From Klebsormidium nitens (taxonomy: Eukaryota > Plantae > Klebsormidiophyceae): a stretch of DNA of 64,000 nt. This document shows positions 23,801 through 36,483 of this stretch, in pieces; position 1 is the first letter of the stretch; each line of letters begins with the position of its first letter. The stretch covers positions 1 to 64,000 of the forward strand of contig DF237388.1 of NCBI GenBank assembly GCA_000708835.1, read 5' to 3'. The notes beneath the pieces are model-generated. The model was not told where the DNA came from. It ran no database searches and worked only from the letters and a program-made list of their open reading frames with translations. The position numbers and the translations under genes are program-made.

Positions 23801-26800
23801 CGAGAAAACCGAATAGCCAGCACCGAAATGGCCGTTACGCTATGCTTCGAGGACCAGGGCGTCAAAGACGGAGTAAGTCAAACAAGCTGCGGAAATGACA
23901 CACGCTTCACCAACAAATGGTGTAAGGAGTTTGCATAGGCCACGTCTAAGTGGGTGACGACAACGAAAACAGGAAGAACCAATCTTGGAGGCGGGGCGGG
24001 CCTGCATGAATTGTGGCCGTCAGCAAGCAAGTGGAGCTCCAAAAATAGAGTTACAGGGCGTCTTGTTCTGGTCTCTGCCACTATCAAAAAGGTTCCTTTC
24101 CACCACTCTGACAACATCGGCCAAGACAACAGGGAAAGAAGCGGGCAGCTTATATGCTTCGCCGCGGCGCTCCGTCTGTCTCCTAAACAATCTGATTTTT
24201 TTTGTTTTTCTTTTTTTTTTTTTGGCTCGAAAGCAAGAGTATCCAAAGCAAGAGTATCCTCACCTGTTTTGCAGGCCCGGCTCTAAGCCAAGCAGGCGGT
24301 TGAGGAACCGGGCGACGTCGTACATGTCGCTTTCGGTAATGCGCCCGGAGGCCATGCCCCGTATCGACCCCGCACGCGTGCTGTCTGCAAACGAAACGCG
24401 AGCCTTTTCAATTCTGCTTGACGAAGCGTCCCCATTTTGGGCTATTGGCCTTCACCAACCTCAGCCGTCCTGAAAAGACTTAGCCACTTCCAACCGACTT
24501 GAACCATGGAACCGTCTTGTCACGGACATTCTAAAAATACGAAGAGAAAAACTGTCGAAGGGATTCTCACCTGCGGATCTCACAAGGAACAAAGACAAGT
24601 CCAAACGGTCAAAATGATAGACAGCTCAACGGTCCTCTGAAGGTGGCCCACCTTGTATGATGTTGCAGGACACCAGGGCTGCCCGGGCATCGGTGATAAA
24701 GCGCGCCTCCTCAGGCGAGCTGCGCTTGCAGCCGGGTGGAGGGGCTGGGGAAGGAATCTACATCAAAAACAAGAACTTCAACTTTAGTGCGTCGTCAAGC
24801 ACGCCCCGTCGACAGACATTTGAAATTTCGTCTGCAGGAAGACGTTGGAGTCCAAGGACAAGTGTAAGCACGTGATGAGAGGCCTTGTGCACAGAAGATT
24901 GTGCAACGGGCAAGCGTTTCGTGCCACTGCAAAGAACGCCCGTCTGCAAAATCAGCACGGCTTTCATTGTCAACAATCAAACTGGGGCTACACACGAATG
25001 CTCGATGCCTTCGCTTCAAATCGGGAGTAGGAAGACTGCGCTCAATACAATACTTGGATGCTAAACGTCTCATACCTGCGCATTTATGGCCTTGTACACA
25101 GCTGCGAGCGCTCGCTTCCCCCAGTAGCTGTCATAATTGTATGCACCTAAGGAGGGGCCCGCTCTGAATGGATCCGGAAAATAGCAGGTAAGTACGATGT
25201 GCAATGGACCATTCTCAGAGATAGATGAAGTCAACAGGGCGCCACTTGTACAGCGGAAGCTCGAAACGGGACTCTTCTATGAACCAAGGCGACCAGGGGT
25301 CTTCAATAGAAGGTGCAACGCAGATGCTAATGCGATGCATCGTTTCCATATCGAGACGGCATCTTGATAAATATAACGCTCCTTCAGTCCACAGCTTGGA
25401 AGACTAGCAGTTCTACCAAAACCGTTTGAGGGAAAGGATGGCCCTACCGTCTGTCCCCTTGTGTCAGAGCACCTAGGCTTTCGAGTCGCTTTGCAACGAT
25501 CGACGCAAACCGCTTCTCTCCCCCCAGATTTGTAAAGAGGAGCCTGCAAACAGGAGGTTAGCAGTTGCTTCTCCCACTCGGCATTTGTGAGCTGTGCAGA
25601 ATAAGTCTAGTCAGATGGCAGCGGTAGCCGAAGCTCATGTGGACGAGGAGTCAAGACGTATGGCAAGGAGAAGGGCTGCCAAAGCGGCTTGAAGCATGAA
25701 GCAAGCCAGAGAGCATTGCCAAACGCACCTGTACTCAGGAGCGCTGGCTTGGTTCGACCGATGCGTGCGTCCAAACTGCTGGATGGCCTTGTCCGCACTG
25801 CATCCAAAGTCCAGCAGTCAGCACATAGATGGATTCTAGAAGTCTAAATTCGCGAAGCAGGAACTTATGACCGTCTCTTTCGTAAAGGTGGTACTGATGC
25901 GGACAGCAAGGGGAAGCTTGTCTGTACAGCTTACCTCCAGGGCAACTCGAGAGTGATGTGGACCCGGCGTCTCTGCAGAAATTGCCGGAACGTGTCAGAC
26001 AACCACGGCAGCAGACGAGAAAGACAGGGAATGCTGCGTTTGACTACGCAGTGTGCAATGGCCAGTGCTACTTCGCCAATGAACGGTACACAACTCGTTA
26101 ACTCCTATGTGTCTTAGCGAACGTGCTGTCATCCCAAGCAGTGCATTGGAGTCGAACAAAAGGCGCCGACAAGACGGCTTAGCTTACTTGGTTCAGCGCC
26201 CTCCTGTCGGCTTGAATCGAGATGCCCGCAGAAGCTGCTTCCGAGATGACGGCCACCAACTGTCACACCACAGCATGGCGTAAGTCCACCCGCAGCTTGA
26301 AATACGAGCTATTTCAGTAAGGATGCTCCAGCCTATCGTCAAAAATCGGTTTGATGCGAGGATCCTGGCAAGCGGTAGCTGACTATAGAGTAGCGAATGA
26401 CCACCAGGGAGACTCCAAGGGGAACGTGCTAAAGCCTAAGTACGCTGCAAGCTGAAAAGCGCGTTTTCGCCCACCTTCTCCCCGTCCATGAACTTTTGCT
26501 TCTCCACCATGTTGATCATCTCCAGGCTGACCTCCTTGCTGTTCCGGGCCCGCCACGTGACGCCCTTCCCGTCCAAGTTGCGCACCAGCATACCTTTACG
26601 CCCCGTCATCTCGGCCACCTTCTCCGGGCCCCCAAGCTGGATAGAAACAACCAGAGTGAGCAACCTTGGAATATTCTTCGCAAGATCTGTCGCCGTGTGA
26701 GGTCTGCCCTACAACCAGGTTGCTGCAAGCTTTCTCATGCTTGCGCAACGTATATTTCTAAAATGCTTCTCAGAAATAGACGCTCTGGGCAAGGCCCAGC

Positions 26801-29800
26801 TCATTTGTCTTTGTTGCGACAGAAGCTTTTGATGACGACTGCTGCAGCGCAGACTTGAGCAGTGAGCAGGGTCCTAGAGACGTTTCTCACTTGGTCTATG
26901 ACTTCGTCCAGTGGGTTGTTTGGCAGCTCAAGTTTCGTCCTGATGATCTCCAGCCAAAGCTCTTTGGCCGCTTTCATCTTATTGTACCTGCATCCAGAAA
27001 AACAGAAGCAGATCTCTGTAAGTCAGCATTCGTGCATGGCCCCTGTCCTACAGATGAACCAATGTACCGCGCTTCGGGGCCTGTTTGCAGGCTTTAGAGC
27101 CCGCATTGGTGCAGCGAGCTGGAAAGGACCACCTTTACGAAACTTACTTGCTAAAGACATCAAGACCCGAATCTGGACCTACTCTCCCAATGCAGAAGGA
27201 ACGCAGGGACTAGCGCCGGACACCGTGCGAGCTTTGATTAAATCATGATTGAATCAAGCAGATTCCATGCAAGCACATAGTACGACGCGTGACTTACTTT
27301 GCCCACTGATCCTTGATCAACGCCTCTCTCTGTGCCCTCGCCTCCTGATCTGTCTTATCGCAAGCAGGGCACAGCCACGGGGTGTCTTCTTTCGGGGGCA
27401 TCAAGGGGGGCGTCAGACAGGCGGCATGCGCCGCTTTGTCGCATTTGCTGCACTTCAGAAGTAGGACGTCGCCCTCCTGTTAGGCATCGAAGAAAAAAGG
27501 TCCTCTGTTGTCGACATACAAAATTTGAGGGGGTTCTAAGTGAACGAAGCGCTCGATAAGATGTGTGAGGTCGAAGTAAAGTTCTCCTTAACTTACGTTT
27601 CCGACAGCGAGGGTCCCGTAAGGAAGTCCCTTCAATCAACGGCATCAGCAGCAGTAGGAACGGAAATCTCAGCTACGATGCTTTTGGACCCATGGAACCT
27701 GCTCAAAGAATTATCGATTGCCAACGTCGATGGAGAACTTGCTTTTATAAGCCGTGCTTACCTGTTCTTGTAAACAGACATAACACGGCCGGAACAGCTC
27801 CACCTCCTGGTCGGAAGCCTCCCCGTCTTTGCCTTCCTCTGCATATCCGCAAATGTTTCAGCAAGAGAGCAGGATTGGGCATGCAGTGTTGCCAGATCAA
27901 GACATTTAAAGCTGTGCCGCCCTTGAAGACAAACACAATCAAATGCGAAAGACGCAACCTTTTCGCTGGCATGAAGGTGGTCGTCAGTACCGCCCACCAG
28001 GAGAAGGCTACCTTTGAATGAAGACACGTTCGAGGAGCATTAGGACCGAAAAAAAGAGCTTGCTCAACACGCAATTGTCTTATGGACATCCCTTCCAAAG
28101 GTCGGAGAAAGCGAGCGGAAGCGTCTCAAACGAAGCTCTTACCATCAGTGAACCTTTTGAAACGCGATCTGAATTGCAAAGTCGTTTTCATATTTGCTAA
28201 CGCTTTTCCGATCTCATGCCGTTTCCTGCCTCGGCAGACAAACTGTTACTCCTCACAGAGAATTCGGCAGCACTCACCTTCGGACGACGTCTCCTCTTCT
28301 TCAATCCACAGCTCGTCGTCACTGTCCGGCTCCTCATACTTTGGCTTCTTCAGGACCCGGCCTCGAGACGACCTCGTGACCTGTGGCTCCGCTTTGCCAC
28401 GCTTTCCGTTCCGGCCGGAGGGGCCCGCCTCCGGAGCTCCGCCAGCACGGGTTTTGCTCCGGGAGCTCCGAGCGGGCAGCTGAAGAGAGGCGACGTGGCC
28501 GTCGGCACCTGCACAACAACGCGCCAGCGAGCGGTCATTACCAAAGGTAGTACGGGAAGAGCTTCCACTTGATCAAGTTCCAATAAGTAAATAAGCACAA
28601 TGATGCAGAGTAGGGAGTGAGGCCATGCTCACCTGCGGAAATAGAAGCAGGAAGACTTTCCATTGTATACGCTGTTCAAGTTAGCTTCAAAGTACGACTG
28701 GGTTTTCGGGCCCAGCCCAAGATAGTCCTTAGCGTAGAAGTTTGCGAGCCAAGGAGTTGGAAACGAACGGTTCGAGTGCGCAGCATACTAGAGCAAATGA
28801 TTTGACTGGGACGCTACTCTCTCTATAAGTACGACAAATCCATGGGGCTCCATCACGAGTGCGGGTCTTACCAATCTCATCACTTGGTTCGTCGAACATG
28901 GGGTAATTGTCTTCCACTAGCTTGATCAGCAGCTCCCTGGGGCCAGACACGAAGTCGTCCAGCTCCTCGCCCTGCAATGATAAGGACAGATTGCCTACGC
29001 TTGGTCTTCTGTGAAACGATGCGCATTAGCAGTAGGGGCATCCAGAAAAGAAGACAACCTACCATCTTAGACTGTCCGTAAAACTTTGCTCAAGTCTTGC
29101 CAGCGCGTCCTACGGCCTAACAAAAATACAAAGGAGCTGTGTCTTATGTCAATGTTCCAAGCAAGCCAAGCAGAGATGCGTCTTTTCTACCTGCTTTCAT
29201 TGCTAGAATCCTCGTTTATGAAGGTTGCCGGCAAAAGTTAAATGGCAGCCAAAAGGGGCCTGCCGTCAGTCTCACGTATTTGCTAACTGCCTCCTCCGTC
29301 CTGGCCTCGCCCGTGCTTTGCAAACCGATGACCACGGAACGGCCGCTGGCCACCGCGTCCTTCGCCAGAGACACAGCACGGTGAACTTTGGCCGCCATGC
29401 ACATGTGCCGGAAGAAGCGCTACAATAGCCACAAATATCGTCCATAAGTTGGTGAAAGTTTCCGTATGTTCAGGTTATGAAGGGCCACATTCGATGTCTT
29501 TCTGGTTGGCAAAGCCCTCTCAAGCAAACAGCATGTAAAATGTGGACAACTGGCCTTGTCCAGATAACAGCGTCTTTCTAACCCTCAAGGGAAGATCAGG
29601 ACGAATTGCTTCAAGGCAAAGAGAGACAATGACCATCTTCTGAGAACCTGGAGTCGTCAGGAGGTTGAGTCGAACGTAACCCTCACTTGGTGAGAAGCCC
29701 AGAAGTAGCGCCACAAGGAGTTGCTTTTCTGTTTTCCATCAGCGACTGTCTCGATGGCGAGGAGCAGGTCGAGCCGAAGCCGATCCCAGAAGGAGGCAGC

Positions 29801-32800
29801 GTGTGTGTACATCTCCTGCAAGACACGCAGAAGCTTTTCAGACCATGCAAAAGATGGGTTACAAAGCTCTCCTTGCAACGAAAAAGGCAACGGCAGGAAC
29901 CAATGAATACGAAAGCGTCGAAGTAGCAAATGCTCAAATGGAGAATGAACACACGGCAAATTTTCCAAGTTTCTGATGATCACTAGGAGGCCGTTGGCCT
30001 CGAACCCTTTGTAACGAGCTGGATCGCACCTTCATTTTTGGTTCCAATGGTACTTCCACAATGTCGAAGTCTGCTCCCTTGAAACTCAGAGTTCGACAGA
30101 CATACATACCCCTGCGTCGACCGAAGGCTTGAGGTAAGCTGTGAACGCTTAAGCAGGCAAAAGGCAGTTGCGTCACGTTGCACGGGCCTGACACTAGACT
30201 TTAGCCAGACAGGAAAGATGAATGCTGCAAAGCAGATTGCGATATTTGATGCCGTACAATCATCTAGGTTCCTATGAACAACCTCACCGTGCTTTCATGT
30301 CCATCGCAACCAGCTCCAGCGCACCCACGCCTCGCTTTTCCAACATTGCTGGATCAGAGAAGGAAACACTGGTCAAAATGCTCTAAGCACTTTCCAGATT
30401 GTATCTGCTTCACTTGCCCAAATCACGAATGAACTACGGGCTCAAGTGGTCAAGGCATTTCACGAAGCTTTGGTGTAAGGAGCACTCACTCAGGAAATCG
30501 GGGAAGGAGCTGAACGCCGTGCGTGGGCCCCAGAGGCCGAGCCTAACCATGTACCTGGATTTAACAGGTAGTATGCTCGAGGCGGCACATATCGATAGCA
30601 TGACAAAGTCAACAACAAACAGAGTCTGCTCAACGTGGCAGGCCAAACCGGCTGACTGATCGAGCAGGCTGAGAATTAAAGTGGTACGAAACAGTGGACT
30701 ATCAACCTTCGCAGGTCTGCGGACGCTCAAACATGAAGAGAAGCGCGTGCCGCAAGCACTAACGCTTGAAAGTTTCCTCTATGGTACGGGAACATAGGAG
30801 AAGCAGCAAAGCAATGTTATGATTTTCGGATCTGCTGCAGTCAAGGCATTAAGCATAACTGGAGGGTGTGAAAGTCTTAATCCTGTGTGACTGACAGGAA
30901 CGGCTCACCCGAGATTGCGTGGCTCTGAAGCGCCCGTTGCCGAGCAGTAGACGATCCGGGCATTCGGCAACTTCGTCTACAAAAGTCCAGAAAGTACTAT
31001 GATTTTAAGCACAAGCTGAAAGTGTGAAGTCAGCACCGGAATCCACCCAGAAAGAGTACGCAGGAGATTTTACGACATGCTCAGGCTGCAGGTGATGCAG
31101 TGATGCACAGCACAGCAATTACGGACGAGTCGTTGGCGTACCTGCAACTCTTGCACGGCTTCTCCTGTTCTGGTCGCGTTGCCTCCACTCTCAGGCACTA
31201 GGTTCTTGGCTTTGTGACACTGCAGCCAGCCGAGATACACAATACAAATGGTCGAATTCATGAAAAACCGGCTATGCGAAGAACAGTAAGGCGAGCGTAC
31301 ACGACTGTACAGGCCAATACGCCCCAGCTGATCAGACTTCCATGTTGAGAAAAGGAACAGGTGTCTCCTAGAAACACGGATACGAAGACGGATTTGCACT
31401 TTTTGAGCCGCAGAGCGCTCGACTTCGTCAACAAATACAAAAACAGTTGCTGGTTGACGGCCCTGGTGTTACTTACCTCGTCGAAAACAATGAGTCCGTC
31501 AAAGTCCGGTTTAAACCACTGCACGAGCTGCTGGAGCCTGCTGCGCCCCTTCTCGGAGGTGGCAATCAGACTGCTGTAGGTCAGGAATACGACGCCCTCG
31601 TGTATGCCGATCGACTTGGAGTCCAGCTTGCCGTACGGCAACTTGTTGAGGGCATGCACTGGAAAACGACAGACATGAGTGATTGACGATGGCAAGGATC
31701 AGGTTTTGCAATTTGTATCGTCGTGCTTATCCCGAAGATGTTTGTATGAGTAAACAATAACGACAGCAAATTTCTACCGTAAACATCAAGGGTGCAATTC
31801 CATATCTACCACTTTCAAAAAGTTGCTGACGGGGTTGTGTCCAAAGGTGGATAAATGGGAAACTGTAAAACAAGAATAGTGCGTGAGGGAATGAACAACT
31901 GCCAGAGGTGTACGCCTCCTGAGACTACCGTGAGTCCAGTCGCACGAACGCACGTACCCTCCACCTCTGAAGCTCCGACGTCGTCCAAGTCCCTTCGAGA
32001 GTCGAACTTCAGATCCGATGCAACAGAGAGCCATCTGCAGGACAGACAGGAACTTTCTACAACCTTCCTTTTTGTTGGATAAATCGTTCTTGATCTTGAA
32101 AAGCGAGAACGAAAAGTAGCGTATGAATGAGTCTCTTTCATGTTATACTTTCTCTTCCATCGGATCCAGCAAACTTAGACAAAGAAGAAGCTGACGAGGT
32201 GCATGAGAGCACGGTCTAGCGCGTCTTGATAGAGCAGAAGTACAGGACTGGTGTAAAATTGCCAAACGACTTACAGCGCTTTCCGCCTGCCCTGCAGCCA
32301 GTTCTCCCATACAAGGCCCGCCACTGTTCTTCCTTTCCCGACTCCCGCTCCATCACCTGAAGGGCGTTGACAACATAAGAACGAATGTTGGAAACCCTTC
32401 GTCCACAACAACTCTTTCGGCATCAGTTTGTCGGTCGCAAGACGTCACTCTGCTCGACTACAACCATTTGGTTGCCAGGCAATAAACACGCGAATGGATC
32501 AAGAAAGTGGTCTTACCCAGGAAAAACCCTGCTCGAGATCCATCCGGAAGCATCTGGTCATGTCGCTGCATGCAGAAAAGAATCCTCTATTTCTCCTGTA
32601 TTCACGGTGAAAACTTGAATCGAGCAAACTTATTGGATTGCTGTCGCAACAGTCAACATCACCTTCAGGATACTCCTGTAAGAAGTGCTGAGAGGCAAAG
32701 GTCGGGCAGTAAGCATTCTCTGGCAACTTTCTCTTTGTTGGCCAACAGCAGGCTTTTCAATAGAAGCAGCGAAATTGAAATTGACACAGCTTTATACAGA

Positions 32801-34918
32801 TTCAAAAAGGTCGAGATGCCACATAAACCACCCAGAAGCTCCCTGCAAGTCCTTTGTCACAGCTTTCGTGGGGAGAGCATTACACAGGGAATCCCCTTCA
32901 TGTCCTTTTGATATAAGAGTGGGCCTACCTGACTGGCGTACACAATGCTTTCCATCTGTAACGAGGACAAGCAGCCGCTTGTCTCGACTTCGCCTCTTAT
33001 TTTCGGCTCGTATGTGGGGTCAGGAGGTTGGACAGCAGACAGACTGGTCGTCTCAACGATGGGGTCTGGATGCGGAAGACCATATGCCAGCTTCGAGGCA
33101 CGCTGCAGGGGGTCGGAATCAGACCGAATCAGTACTGGCTTATCGTCGAAGTTTGTTCCAGCTGCCTCTTTAAAGATTCTGTCTAATCGCTGACTTCTGT
33201 TCCTGACCAAAGACATGGTTTTCTCGACATGTTTGCAGAACGAGTATAAGTGGTAAGAAACCTACAAAAAATCGTTGACTGCCGTGTTTCAAGAGTTCCA
33301 GCTTCACCGTCCTTGGGTGGCCTAATCACTTGTCAGGCAGCTGGAATGTTGGTCTTGATGCACTGCAGGGAGACTCCGCAGGCATTGACATCTTCGATAG
33401 AACATCTTCGAGATACTCAATCTATTTGATTTGGTCAGGTCACAATATGAAGGAGTTGAAACGATGCAAGCGATTCAGCTTGAAAAATGGTATAGTCTCC
33501 CTACTCCACAGGTCAAGATACCTATTCAGAATGGTTGTGGAACCTACGTAGTCCATGAAGGTGTCCCCCGCCCCTGCCTCCTCTCCTTCTTCCCGCTCCA
33601 CATCCAGAACCATCTGCACAGAGCAAGTGGAACTAATTTTCACGGGAGATCTCGAGACTGTACCTTTTCAAGTGGCTGCGTCAGGAGTCAGCAGGTTACA
33701 TGATTGCCAGGACGTCGCAAAAAGATCGACTGATGCTAGGCTTAGCCTCGCATCTGTACATCGACTGTCACTTCTGATCACATCTTGGACGACCTGATGA
33801 AGATTGTAAAGGAGCAAAACCAGTCAGCAAAGCCTGCAGACTTGCCTCGTGGATCTCCTCTGGTGGTTGAGCAGGCATATGGAAGGGGTACCGTCCGGCT
33901 GCAAGATTCCCAGGCCCTAGCGGCGGCGCAAGGAAACCAGCGGCTCCTCGCATTGGTTGGGATATCGTCGAAGGCCCTCCATTTCGACCGACTGTGATTG
34001 GCTTCAAGCAACGGGGGCAAAGGAAGTTCTGGAGGCCAATCGGGACGTTGAGAAGCGAGTTGCAAGTGGGGCTTGGGCAATGAAACTGCAAGAGTTGGAA
34101 AGAGAGGCTCAGAAGGACTTTATGGAAGGGTCTCTTATGGAAGTTCGATTCATGTTGGAAGAATAGGTGGCCTCAAAGTTCGCGTTTTTGTTGGCAAGTC
34201 CGGGTCGTTGCCACATCTTCAAAAATCTGGGGTGGTGTAGCACCCTGATTACAAGAAAGAGAGCTAGCGAGCTAGTAATTCTGATCAGTAGTTGCCCCTT
34301 TTGCTTGTGAGAGAAGAACATCTCTGCTTCTTTTAGGCAAGGGAAAGGGAGTCAAACGACAAGTCCTCTTGTCAAGAATCTTTAGAGAACCTTGTATAGA
34401 CCAATCAAGTGATCATGGATTCATTGAGAGCAATAAGATCAAGATATGCGACTTTGAAATGATCATCCTCTGCCAGGCTCAGCTTCAACTCTATTTTCAG
34501 AAGATTCTTAAAGAATGCTATTCATTCACAGTCCTGGGACCTGCGGCACAAGCTCTTTTGAAGACCATACGGCTCCAGTAATAACAAGACAGGTCAAGAA
34601 TGAAACCCTCTGGTCCCCTGAGATCTGACACTCCCAGATCTACGAATGACATACCTGCGTGCTCCTCAAAGGAGCCTGCGCGCCTTCTGCCGGTCTTCTC
34701 AACTGCTCTGGCAGCGCTTGAAGCTGGCGGCAGAAGTCGTTGGGACAGGTGAAGGTGTGTGAACTTGTTGATACGTTCAGGTGTGCCTTGCACTTAGCAC
34801 ATTCGACTTTGACAAGCTGGTGACCCCCAGCAAGGTTCAGGCGGGGAGCGTTCAAGCCTGGGGGTTGGGGGAGCTGCCGTGCACTGCTTAAACTGGGGCT
34901 CGGTGGGGGGTCCGCCAT
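20822..34918 (-). CDS. FGT1: Strawberry-notch family protein, FORGETTER1 orthologue (N-terminal Cys-rich knuckles, DExD-like ATPase, PHD finger, helicase C-like domain); more than 30 exons
   Basis: Exons read on the minus strand include 34918-34655 (MADPPP...CAKC...CPNDFC), 34085-33846, 33613-33548 (GDTFMDY) and 33102-32929 ([17 protein letters not shown]). Further motifs: RAGFFLG|[34 protein letters not shown]|[64 protein letters not shown] (27780-27370), [12 protein letters not shown]|[18 protein letters not shown]|[42 protein letters not shown] (21049-20938). The final codons are uncertain: stop at 20924 by read-through, or at 20822 via a short last exon. Confidence 0.95.
23840..23925 (-). 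repeat. Degenerate intronic copy of the acceptor and 5' end of the FGT1 exon that starts at 23692
   Basis: Copy ccgcag|cttgtttgactta...tttgacgccctggtcctcgaagcatag (23886 down) versus the real ccgcag|cttattcgactttttcgtggccaacttcgacgccctggttctcgaggcg (23692 down). Upstream intron text is also shared (aagcgtgtgtc versus aagcgagtgtc); offset 194 bp. Confidence 0.8.
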
Positions 34919-36483
34919 CGCACCAAGGAAATAGAATCGTTCAGACAGCAGATATTGCCCTTTCAAGGCAGGCCCTCTGGAAAGCTTAAGGTCCTATAGG
35001 CTTTAGGCATTCAGGTAAGTCCTGCAAAGGAGCAAGTACATCTGGTGAGTTTCAGGAGAGACAAGTCACCAAGTGGTGAGGGGAGATGCGACTAGAACGA
35101 ATACAACGCCACAGTCAGTTAGAAAGTGTGCAGAATAAGCTCCCTGGCTTGACCACCAGAGTGCCAGTGCACCCGAAGCCTTTGTTTTAAGAAGTGACCT
35201 TGAAAGAGAGGATGCGAAGGTGATTTGTCATAGTCAATCAACAAAGACTGCCCTCACCTTCAGAATGCCAACGAGCTAAAGTTTTGTGCAATCACCAAAG
35301 GGGTGCACATTTGTATAGACTGCTTTTCATTTCCTTTGCATGCTTTAGAACACATCAGGATCCTTGCAAAGGGAAGGATCCTTTGTACTGAGTGTTGATG
35401 CCACACAGCATAATACCACCTGGTCCTCTTGCAGGGAAAGAAGTTGCAAAACTCACCCGAACAGAACCCCACTCCACTATTGAGAGGACACATTACATCA
35501 AGAAACGGCCTCCATCCATATATGTTCCAGCTATAGCCAGCACGCTTCTTCGCTGTACCTCCGGAAGCTGTGCCCCTTCAGATGAGGGATCATTGACTCT
35601 CTCATCAAAGCTACCCAGCTCTGAATGAGTTCCAAAAGTAAGCCTAGAGCTGTAAGGTGGAGGCTCAAACTTCAAAGCGCTTCCTGAGGTGTTCACTAGT
35701 TCAAGCCCAGCTTCCTCATGCAGGCTCAGTTCCTGGTCAGAAACCGAGAAAGGGCACCCCTCAGCAGAATAGAACGTACACACGCGCACGCGCGCGCTGT
35801 CATTCATGTGGGCGGCTGGACCCTGGTATGTACCTGACGGCCATGCGGTACGCACGCGCGGTGTGTATGGGCGGGGCCCGGCATTCCGCAAATGAACTAT
35901 ACCTAACCCGGGGCCTTGCTGAGCGCTCACTTTGGACGGGCAGGAAGCTCGACTCTACATTTGATTTGTCTCAGCTGCCAGGAGACTATTTTGCATGCCG
36001 ATGCATTAAGCTAGGCCTCATGAAAGGACAAGCGCTTCCGTGATCGTGACGTGCTTCATACCCGAGCAGATTGCTATTGCATGACTCTCAGAATCTGCAT
36101 CGACCAATTTTGAAGGTATCAGTGCGACGGTTCCCGCCATTCCTCATTCCTTAAATACATGATTGCAAAAAGCATACGTAGTCAAATTCCCAGTTGGATT
36201 GCTTATATGCAGCAAAAGAGGTCCTCGAGCTACAGTTGTGCAATGATCTTTGTGCAGCCGGGTGTCCAGCTTTGAAGTCAATACCCACTGTCAACGTGCT
36301 TGCAACCAGGAACAGTTGAGCCCACAAGAAATGCACCAGAAGTGAAAGAAGCGACGGTCTTTCGACTACGGCGAATTGACAGCACTAAGCATGGACGCCT
36401 GCACGCTTCCTCCGGCATCCGCTGTACTCCTCTTGCCCTAACATGCGCTTTGAAGATTTGTGACACTGTTTTTCCCTAAAAAG

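Noticed and set aside
24196-24259. Poly-T tract and 15-bp tandem duplication (aaagcaagagtatcc x2) in an FGT1 intron
   Set aside because: Ordinary slippage features; no SINE body or target-site duplication recognised.
35493-36043. ORFs of 145 aa (-) and 128 aa (+) between ISA1 and FGT1
   Set aside because: No domain similarity or consistent splice sites; most likely the FGT1 promoter/5' UTR.
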